Shown here piece by piece: positions 28,405-35,583 of a DNA stretch of 64,000 nt. The notes under the pieces were generated by a model. The model was not told where the DNA came from. It saw only the letters and a program-made list of their open reading frames with translations, and made no database searches. This DNA comes from a virus. Taxonomy: Duplodnaviria > Caudoviricetes. The DNA lies in IMG/VR virus record IMGVR_UViG_3300002835_000001, positions 233,652 through 297,651 of that record; one strand, 5' to 3'. Both the position numbers and the translations under genes were made by a program. The stretch's first letter is position 1. Each line of letters starts with the position of its first letter.

Positions 28405-28611
28405 CAATGAGTAAGAAGTACTCAGTAAGTTTGGTAACGTTCTTTCAAGATGTTATGGTTGTCTCCTACCACGGCCTTAAGAGGGGGTCTCGGAATATGG
28501 GGGTAACAATCCCACCGAGTATGTTTGACTTTTTAAGCGGTAAGACGCGTTGGGTTTTTCAATAGGAAAAACTGTGAATATCTACTCACTGGGACTTCAG
28601 GTGGGACAATT

Positions 28612-28697
28612 GGAAGGATGGCAGAGTTGGTCTATCGCGTCGGTCTTGAAAACCGAAGTACTGAAAGGTACCGTGGGTTCGAATCCTACTCCTTCCG
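28612..28697 (+). tRNA. tRNA-Ser(TGA)
   Basis: GGAAGGA/TCCTTCC, TCGGT-CT TGA AA-ACCGA, long variable arm, G73. Confidence 0.93.
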
Positions 28698-28702
28698 CAT
28701 TT

Positions 28703-28774
28703 GCTCGGTTCGACTAGTGGTTAGGTCGCGTCCCTTTCACGGACGTAGCACGGGTTCGAATCCCGTACCGAGTA
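28703..28774 (+). tRNA. tRNA-Glu(TTC)
   Basis: GCTCGGT/ACCGAGT, CGTCC-CT TTC AC-GGACG. Confidence 0.93.
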
Positions 28775-28791
28775 CTGAATATAATAAAAAC

Positions 28792-29433
28792 ATGGAGACA
28801 AAGATTATCAACGGAGATTTTAGAGATTGTGTGGTACCTGATGGTTTAGTGATAACTGACCCTCCATACAACCAAGAATATTCTTATAACGAATATAAGG
28901 ATAAACTTACTGAAGAAGAATATATTGAACTACTATCTAAGATACCAACTCCATGTGTAATCATTCATTATCCTGAAGAAACAATTAATTTGTTACCAAA
29001 AGCAATTAACGCAAAATGTGAACAAGTGGTTTGTTGGGTTTATAATTCTAACACGGGAAAACAAAGTCGATTAATTTCTTGGTGGGGATGTAAACCTGAT
29101 TTTAAAAAGGTTAGGCAAGAATATAAAAATCTAAAAGACAAAAGAATTCAGAAAAGAATTGCTGAGGGTAAAACCGGAGCTAAACTTTATGATTGGTGGG
29201 AAATCAATCAAGTAAAAAATGTTAGCAAGGAAAAAACCGAACACCCTTGTCAAATACCCGAAGAATTAATTAGACGAATTATTCTTACAACGGCACAATC
29301 AAATCAAACAATCATTGATGTTTTCGGTGGTAGTGGTACAACATCAAAAGTCGCTAAAGAATTAGGATTTAATTCGATTAGTTACGAAATTGATGAGAAG
29401 TATTGTGAAATTATTAAGAATAGAATTACATAA
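28792..29433 (+). CDS. Amino (N4-C/N6-A) DNA methyltransferase, beta-class order
   Basis: ITDPPY near the N-terminus, HPCQIP, and IIDVFGGSGTT SAM motif. True start is METKIING at 28792; the longer ORF in the track runs through tRNAs. Confidence 0.88.
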   Translation: METKIINGDFRDCVVPDGLVITDPPYNQEYSYNEYKDKLTEEEYIELLSKIPTPCVIIHYPEETINLLPKAINAKCEQVVCWVYNSNTGKQSRLISWWGCKPDFKKVRQEYKNLKDKRIQKRIAEGKTGAKLYDWWEINQVKNVSKEKTEHPCQIPEELIRRIILTTAQSNQTIIDVFGGSGTTSKVAKELGFNSISYEIDEKYCEIIKNRIT

Positions 29434-29515
29434 AAACTTTTACTTTTTTATATTAAGATATTGATTTACAATATTTTATTTTGTATATTTGTTATATTAC
29501 AAATATTTATAATAT

Positions 29516-29818
29516 ATGATAGATAAAATCACATTATCGTTAATGTTATTTTTTAACACATTAACGTCATCTATCGACCCAAGTCTTTCTGATGAAAGAA
29601 AGTCTGTCAATCAAATAAAAAAACAGATTAAATCTCTTGAAAGAAAAATTGAATGGGTTGAAGTAACAGATGAGAATTACGCTAGCAGGGCCGTCAAAAC
29701 CAAAGGAATCACGGACGAGATTACCAAATTAAATGGTGAAATTGTAAAGATTGAGAAGGTTGCAAATTTAAAAGATAAATGGGCTAAGGAAGATTCCTTA
29801 ACCAAATCGAAAAAATGA
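29516..29818 (+). CDS. Secreted coiled-coil protein
   Basis: Hydrophobic N-terminus and a heptad-rich body. TATATTTG at 29484-29491. Confidence 0.65.
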   Translation: MIDKITLSLMLFFNTLTSSIDPSLSDERKSVNQIKKQIKSLERKIEWVEVTDENYASRAVKTKGITDEITKLNGEIVKIEKVANLKDKWAKEDSLTKSKK

Positions 29819-30264
29819 AAAAAATTTTTTTAGTGCTAACGTTACTTTTGGGAGTGGAAGTCGTAGCAAATGGACAAGAGTGGTTTATAACTGCCACTCG
29901 AAAAGGCGGTCCATCAGATGGTTATATAACTGGTGGTTTTATGAAAAAAGGTTGGGGGTTTTATGCTGGTCTTCCTTATGGTGAAATAGGGGGTCCGAAT
30001 GGTGGAATTTCAATTCCTCCTGGTGTTAATACCAAAACGGGAAACGTATCTGATAACATGAAGTTCGGTGTTCTTAGACAATTAAAAGAAGATAAAGCAA
30101 TTGTTGGATTTGGATTACAACCAACACTTGGTGGTAATAAACCAAATTTTCTTATAATGTACAATCCACTTAGGCCAAGTACCGTTATAAATTTATGGAC
30201 AATTGGTAATTTAGTCGGTAGTGATTTCACATTAGGACTTGGTTTATCGTATAAAGTAAAATAA
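29815..30264 (+). CDS. Small outer-membrane beta-barrel-like protein
   Basis: Signal peptide, Gly/aromatic strands and a terminal LGLGLSYKVK. Confidence 0.65.
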   Translation: MKKIFLVLTLLLGVEVVANGQEWFITATRKGGPSDGYITGGFMKKGWGFYAGLPYGEIGGPNGGISIPPGVNTKTGNVSDNMKFGVLRQLKEDKAIVGFGLQPTLGGNKPNFLIMYNPLRPSTVINLWTIGNLVGSDFTLGLGLSYKVK

Positions 30265-30281
30265 ACATTTTTAGTTAAGTT

Positions 30282-30323
30282 AAAACCCTGAACAAACTAA
30301 AAAAAATTGTTCAGGGTTTTTTT
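30282..30323 (+). terminator. Intrinsic terminator
   Basis: AAAACCCTGAACAA ... TTGTTCAGGGTTTT followed by a U-run. Confidence 0.75.
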
Positions 30324-30383
30324 ATACCATTTTTTTTTATTATATTTGAATTATAGTTCTTTGATTTATTGGAAAAACAAAAT

Positions 30384-30468
30384 GCCTGAGTGATGAAATG
30401 GTATACATGACAGACTTAAAATCTGTTGAGCAGAAACGCTCGTGCGGGTTCAAGTCCCGCCTCAGGTA
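30384..30468 (+). tRNA. tRNA-Leu(TAA)
   Basis: GCCTGAG/CTCAGGT, ACAGA-CT TAA AA-TCTGT, long variable arm. Confidence 0.93.
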
Positions 30469-30620
30469 CAAATGTAATGATTCAGAAATGAGTGACGGAA
30501 CGGACGCTACGTATGAAATGGAAACTTTTGAAGCACGTACAAAGGTGCTGATTTGAAACAAACCGTACAGACATTACATTTAAACACTATCGTTCTTTGA
30601 AAATAAAGGAGAAAATTAAT

Positions 30621-30869
30621 ATGGATATATTATCATTTATTTTAGGAATGTCAATAGTTGTGGTTATCGCAGTTGCGGTAGTTGCGGTTATTGCCTTTGT
30701 TAAGGTTAATAAAACTAACAAAGAAATTGAAACGATTCATACCATTATGGGTAATGAATCCGAAAGGTCGCATAGAGAGCGTGAAGAAGCAATTCAAAAT
30801 GTTTATAGAACATTAGATTCACGACTTGATAAACTTGAGAGTAAAATTACAACAAGCCGTAAGGCATAA
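30621..30869 (+). CDS. Single-TM coiled-coil protein inside the tRNA cluster
   Basis: MDILSFILGMSIVVVIAVAVVAVIAF followed by a coiled coil. AAGGAG upstream. Bracketed by an inverted repeat. Confidence 0.7.
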   Translation: MDILSFILGMSIVVVIAVAVVAVIAFVKVNKTNKEIETIHTIMGNESERSHREREEAIQNVYRTLDSRLDKLESKITTSRKA

Positions 30870-30909
30870 CGATTAAATAAAAACTTTCAAAGACGATAGT
30901 GTTATTTTT

Positions 30910-30983
30910 GGTTCCGTAGCTCAGTTGGATAGAGCAACATCCTTCTAAGATGTGGGTCTTTGGTTCGAATCCAAACGGGATCA
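30910..30983 (+). tRNA. tRNA-Arg(TCT)
   Basis: GGTTCCG/CGGGATC, ACATC-CT TCT AA-GATGT. Confidence 0.93.
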
Positions 30984-31036
30984 CGTAATCATTGAAAAAA
31001 ACGATATCAGATTTTATCGTTAGATTAAACGATAAT

Positions 31037-31110
31037 GGACTTGTAGCTCACTAGGTTAGAGCGGCACACTCATAATGTGAAGGTAATAGGTTCGATTCCT
31101 ATCTGGTCCA
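31037..31110 (+). tRNA. tRNA(CAT), probably Ile2 (lysidine-type) rather than Met
   Basis: GGACTTG/CTGGTCC, loop CT CAT AA, A73. The Ile2 versus Met identity is inferred from the GGxC acceptor start. Confidence 0.75.
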
Positions 31111-31237
31111 CTATTTAAAGTATGGGATTCCGATGGAAGTCCGCAAGAAAAATAGATGTTTTTCATCCATCAAAAAATCATCATAGAGGCCGCTAAATCG
31201 AGTTAGTGAAAATCTACATTCTCTGTGATGATCATAT

Positions 31238-31388
31238 TGTAGTGTGACGAAATTGGCAAACGTGCCCTCCTGTCTCGGGGGCGTGGATAAAGAAATAGAT
31301 TGATAATATTAGGGGGTAGACCACCAGCTTGCAAGCGTCATGTTATCAATCGAATCTCCACTTGGTGGTTCGAATCCATCCACTACAG
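31238..31388 (+). ncRNA. 151-nt tRNA-like RNA with an 82-nt structured variable arm and a non-canonical anticodon loop
   Basis: Acceptor TGTAGTG/CACTACA plus G, class-II-type D arm, CCCTC-CTGTCTC-GGGGG, T arm GGTGG-TTCGAAT-CCATC, insertion at 31282-31363. Confidence 0.8.
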
Positions 31389-31445
31389 CTTTTTATAAAT
31401 AAATTTTGTTTTGTCAATTTTATTTCTTATATTTTATTATAAACA

Positions 31446-31678
31446 TGGAAAATATGAAATGTATTAAATTAATTAAAGCAAGTAAAGGTCACGAAATTGG
31501 TCAAATTTTAAGAGTAAACGATGATGAGGCAGATTTAAGAGTAAAAGGTGGTTATTGGTCATTTGCACCAAAGACCGAATATAAACTTTATAAGAATCCT
31601 GACTACAAAACAAAGAAGACATCTGAGAAAGTATCTTCTAAAAAAACCTTGAAAAAAAATAAAGTAGAAAATAATTAA
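31446..31678 (+). CDS. Small basic hypothetical protein
   Basis: MENMKCIKLIK...ILRVNDDEADLRVKGGYWSF with a Lys-rich tail. Confidence 0.65.
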
Positions 31679-31685
31679 AAAATAT

Positions 31686-31765
31686 TTTGTTTTTTCAAAA
31701 AGTATTCGTATATTTGTAAAAGAAATCAGATAGATGGTTTCTAAAAACAAGAAATAGTTCTTTGA
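31686..31765 (+). promoter_or_regulatory. Bacteroidota promoter plus boxA-like element for the large ncRNA
   Basis: TTTG (31686), 19 nt, TATATTTG (31709-31716), then GTTCTTTGA at 31757-31765. Confidence 0.65.
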
Positions 31766-31776
31766 ATTAAAAATAT

Positions 31777-32571
31777 TGGCCGCCTATGGTCAACAAAATA
31801 AACCACGAAAGTGGGATAAAGTGATTTGGTTTGGTTAAATCAAGTTGCGGTTTCAGCAATGGAACTTGAGTAGGCAAACAGAATATCGTTGAACCTTAAT
31901 TACCGAGGGTAACACTGTAGGGAAAGTGGTTTAATGACTAAGCAATCCGAGTTGTTTGGTTGAGGTGGGAACACCAATAAGAATAATCTGTAGAGTTATT
32001 ACAAGAAGTAGGACGTCCAATCTTACAATTGTGTGACTCAATATGATGGGAATCTTAAAACCGAAAGGTATGGTGAAGTACGAGTGGTGTCGTTATCATC
32101 CTTAATTGAACTCTACCAAGGGTTTAGTTTTGAAGGGGTCCAAAAATATGGTAGCAGGGATGTTACAGAGAGTAGTTTAGTATCGAGTTGTTCAAAAGAT
32201 AACTTGGCTGGCAGACGAGCCACTACTTTCCAAATTCGGAACCAATAACAATTGTTAATTACGGTTTAACAACTCAAACAACAAGGAAAAGTGCTCGTCA
32301 GTCGTTGGAGACAGGTGACTACACAGTCGAGAGAGGTTCTCGGCCACAAAGGGTCCAAACCCAATGTGATTTTTAAGAAAGTTCTCTAAGTTCGCAAGAC
32401 TTAGTCGGGGTGGCAACCTCGAAGAGTAATGAGTATTAAAAGAGTATCTAACGACTTAAGGATTGGTTAATCTAATTGACCGTCGCTGATTGGTACTACT
32501 CAAAAGGTAGTGGATAAGAGAAGAAAAGATAATGTCTCTAAAGTCAATCGTTAAATGGTGTAATCTCAGCC
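31777..32571 (+). ncRNA. Large ornate structured RNA of about 795 nt, GOLLD-like
   Basis: No credible ORF, GC-richer than the flanks, own promoter. GNRA hairpins CCAC-GAAA-GTGG (31803), ACC-GAAA-GGT (32060) and CTAAGTTC-GCAA-GACTTAG (32386). Long-range helix GGAAAGTGGT (31921) with ACTACTTTCC (32222). Size and position next to tRNAs fit GOLLD. The family is not verified. Confidence 0.6.
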
Positions 32572-32707
32572 TTTTCTTTTTTTAATTTTGTGTAAAATTA
32601 AATGGTGGAATCTAACGATATTAAAAACCGTTCGGCCCTAAAAAATTAGTCATAAGAAATTATGGCTTTTTTTGTGCTTTTAATAAAATTTTACTTATAT
32701 TTGTTTT

Positions 32708-33460
32708 ATGAGAATAGTTTGTATATCAGACACACATAGTCTTCAGGATTTAATGTCTCACCCAATCCCCAAGGGTGATATATTGATACATTCAGGGGAT
32801 ATTTCAAATAAAGGAGGTGAAAAGGATGTCACCAATTTTGTACATTGGTTTCAAAACATTGAGGGTTTTGATTCTAAGGTATTCATTGCCGGTAATCACG
32901 ATTTTTGTTTTGAAAAAGTTAATCAACCTCATCACAAAGGTGATTATGATTGGTTACATAATTTAATGTCGCCTGAGAATCTATCACAATCTAATGTTGA
33001 GTATTTGGAGGATAATTCATTTGTAATAGAGTCACCTGAATTTTCAAAACTAATTAAAATTTACGGAAGTCCTTGGCAACCAAATTTTTACGATTGGGCA
33101 TTTAATTTACCGAGAATGGGTGATGAACTTAAATCTAAATGGGATATGATTCCTGATGATGTTAATATTTTAATCACTCACGGACCCCCAAATGAGATTA
33201 GAGATTTTGTAAGTAACTGGAGACAAGGTGATATGAATGTTGGTTGTGAATTGTTAAGACACCAATTAGATAACAGAATTAAACCAGTACTACACGTATT
33301 TGGACATATCCACGGAGCATATGGTGCGGCACTAATTAAGGATACTCTTTATGTAAACGCATCAACTTGTACTGAAAGATACGAACCAACAAATAAACCA
33401 ATCATTGTTGACTTAACTGAAGTTGATGGTAAATTAATTGCAACATATGTCGAAGAATAA
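32708..33460 (+). CDS. Calcineurin-like metallophosphoesterase
   Basis: CISDTH, HSGD, IAGNHD, ITHGPP and VFGHIH. Confidence 0.92.
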   Translation: MRIVCISDTHSLQDLMSHPIPKGDILIHSGDISNKGGEKDVTNFVHWFQNIEGFDSKVFIAGNHDFCFEKVNQPHHKGDYDWLHNLMSPENLSQSNVEYLEDNSFVIESPEFSKLIKIYGSPWQPNFYDWAFNLPRMGDELKSKWDMIPDDVNILITHGPPNEIRDFVSNWRQGDMNVGCELLRHQLDNRIKPVLHVFGHIHGAYGAALIKDTLYVNASTCTERYEPTNKPIIVDLTEVDGKLIATYVEE

Positions 33461-34130
33461 CCAACCAATTAGTGTTGTAATATCAACACGAAAAATTGAT
33501 GATACGTATTTAAAACACGTAGAAAAAATGTTTTCACACCCTAAGACTCAAATATTAATTTATGAGAATGATGGTGTCGATTCTTTACCCAAAATTTACA
33601 ATTTAGGATTACAAGAATCCGAACATGACATTGTTGTGTTTATGCATGATGATCTTATTTTGGAAACAACAAACATTACACCGAAAGTTGTTAGATTATT
33701 TAATGAGAATCCTGAATATGGTATAATTGGATTGGCTGGTACCGATAATCTAATAAGTGGGATGTGGTGGCAAGACAAAGAGTCGATGTATGGAGTTGTT
33801 GGTCACGAACACCAAGGTAAACGACATGTAAATCACTATTCAAAGAAATCATTTGGCGATAAACCAAAGGAGGTTGCTATTGTTGATGGTTTATTCATGA
33901 TGATACATAAAAAAAGAATTAAACACACATTCAACGAAGAGTTTAGTGGGTTTCATTTTTACGATTTACCGATATGTGTGGAAAACCACTTAGATGGTGT
34001 TAAAGTTGGTGTGACAACCAAAATTATGGTAACACATAAATCGATTGGTATGGTAAATAAACAATGGGAAAAAAATAAGTTGTTTTTTGAGGCATTATAT
34101 GAAAAACACTTCCCTTTAAGGGTTAACTGA
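33447..34130 (+). CDS. GT-A (GT2-like) glycosyltransferase
   Basis: IYNLGL, VVFMHDDL, GIIGLAG, VDGLFM and FHFYDL. Confidence 0.82.
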   Translation: MSKNNQPISVVISTRKIDDTYLKHVEKMFSHPKTQILIYENDGVDSLPKIYNLGLQESEHDIVVFMHDDLILETTNITPKVVRLFNENPEYGIIGLAGTDNLISGMWWQDKESMYGVVGHEHQGKRHVNHYSKKSFGDKPKEVAIVDGLFMMIHKKRIKHTFNEEFSGFHFYDLPICVENHLDGVKVGVTTKIMVTHKSIGMVNKQWEKNKLFFEALYEKHFPLRVN

Positions 34131-34172
34131 TTTTAGTACAATAACGGATATTTATATATAAAACAAACAATT

Positions 34173-34475
34173 ATGATGACAGTATTTTTAATTTTAATAG
34201 TTCTAGTAATAGCTGGAGCTGTAACATTTTTCCTAATGAAAAAAGGTAAAATCGAAGACAAAAACGGTAATAACATTCCTGATGTGGTTGAAGAAAAAAT
34301 TGAGGATGTTAAAGAATTGGTTAATGTAGTTAAAGAAAGAGCAACAAGAGTCGTTGAAGAAACTAAAGATGTTGTTGAAGCGGCTAAAAAAGTTGTTAAA
34401 CAATCTAAAGACGTAGTAGATGCAGCTAAGGGCAATGGTGCTCGTAAAGGAAGAAAACCATCTACTAAAAAGTAA
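34173..34475 (+). CDS. Single-TM protein with an amphipathic helical repeat tail
   Basis: TM helix, DKNGNNIPDVVEE, and VVEETKDVVEAAK repeats. TATTTATA at 34149-34156. Confidence 0.7.
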   Translation: MMTVFLILIVLVIAGAVTFFLMKKGKIEDKNGNNIPDVVEEKIEDVKELVNVVKERATRVVEETKDVVEAAKKVVKQSKDVVDAAKGNGARKGRKPSTKK

Positions 34476-34509
34476 ATTATTATACACATAGAAATTTAAT
34501 GGGTTAAAA

Positions 34510-34555
34510 TTTGTTTTTTAACCCTTTTTTATCTATCTTTGTAAAAGTTCTTTAA
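34510..34555 (+). promoter_or_regulatory. Bacteroidota promoter plus boxA-like element for tmRNA
   Basis: TTTG (34510), 20 nt, TATCTTTG (34534-34541), then GTTCTTTAA at 34547-34555. Confidence 0.65.
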
Positions 34556-34560
34556 AATAT

Positions 34561-34966
34561 GGGGATGCTTGGAATTGATTTCAGGTATCAGGGGTAAATG
34601 GCACGTAGTCAGACTTCATCTATGACTTAAATCTATGGTGGAAAATTTTAGACGGCAACGTTTATAAAAACATGGAAATTGCAGGTTTACTTGCAACTTC
34701 TAACGTAGAAGTAGCCTAAGGCAAAACTACAATCGGGTCGATGTACATATAACCTAGGAACAGAAGTACTCAAGGTGTAATACCACCCAAAGATGTATTA
34801 GGAGTCTCGTTCAGGGGTCTACTCCAACACAAGTGAACCCGACACAGTTATTGGTAACGATGTCAAAATAGGAACCAATTATTTGTCTGTTGTGAACTAA
34901 CAGAATAAACGTGTAGTCATTTATTGTTGAACCGGGAAGACCGGAGTTCGAGTCTCCGCATCTCCA
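34561..34966 (+). ncRNA. ssrA: tmRNA
   Basis: Acceptor GGGGATG/CATCTCC with G3-U70 and A73. 3' T arm CGGAG-TTCGAGT-CTCCG. Internal tag ORF at 34654-34719. Adjacent to smpB. Confidence 0.92.
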
Positions 34967-34969
34967 CTC

Positions 34970-35000
34970 AAAGGGGTTTCATTAATTGGAACCCCTTTTT
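34970..35000 (+). terminator. Intrinsic terminator after tmRNA
   Basis: AAAGGGGTTTC ... GAACCCCTTTTTT. Confidence 0.7.
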
Positions 35001-35031
35001 TATTTTAAAAAATTATACATATATTTGTAAT

Positions 35032-35469
35032 ATGAAAAATGTCATTGATAATCGAAAAGCTTATTTTAATTATAATATCGAGGATAAGTACACCGCAGGT
35101 ATACAATTAATTGGTACTGAAATAAAGTCCATTCGTGAAGGTAAATTAAATTTTAACGATTCATTTTGTTTATTCATCAATGGTGAATTATTTGTCCGAG
35201 GGATTTACATATCAGATTATTCTTTTGGTGTAAAACATGAAAATGTTAGAGATAGGAAATTACTACTAACCAAAAAGGAATTAAAGAAAATACAGGAATC
35301 AATTAAAGAAAAGGGATATACGATTGTACCATTAAAAGGGTACTTTACGGATACGAATTATTTTAAAATAGAGATTGGTATTGGTAAGGGTAAAAAGTCC
35401 TACGATAAGAGAGAAACAATAAAAAAAAGGGACTCTGAACGTGAGGTTAGAAGATTGGTGACCACATAA
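35032..35469 (+). CDS. smpB: SsrA-binding protein
   Basis: NRKAYFNY, AGIQLIGTEIKSIR, RDRKLLLTKKE, GYTIVPL and GKGKKSYDKRETIKKRD. True start is at 35032. Confidence 0.95.
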   Translation: MKNVIDNRKAYFNYNIEDKYTAGIQLIGTEIKSIREGKLNFNDSFCLFINGELFVRGIYISDYSFGVKHENVRDRKLLLTKKELKKIQESIKEKGYTIVPLKGYFTDTNYFKIEIGIGKGKKSYDKRETIKKRDSEREVRRLVTT

Positions 35470-35583
35470 ACGAACAAAAGGTCCGAAGACCCTTTGCCGA
35501 GATTAAAAACACCTCCTTTTCGTTTAGATAAGTTATCGTTTAACGGCGACCAAACCAATTAAACTCTACTTATAAATATCACG

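Noticed and set aside
28145-28610. RNase P RNA or hammerhead ribozyme in the tRNA spacers
   Set aside because: The GAGGAAAGUCC and CUGAUGA/GAAA cores are not present. The spacers are kept only as unknown structured RNAs.
26862-28791. ORF-track calls 26862-27152, 27088-27369, 28296-28565 and the 5' extension of 28618-29433
   Set aside because: They run through clear tRNA genes. The methylase starts at 28792.
32033-32248. 71-aa ORF inside the large ncRNA
   Set aside because: No plausible start context or protein-like composition. It lies across paired helices.
34924-35031. N-terminal extension of smpB
   Set aside because: It overlaps the tmRNA 3' end and terminator. The SmpB consensus starts at 35032.
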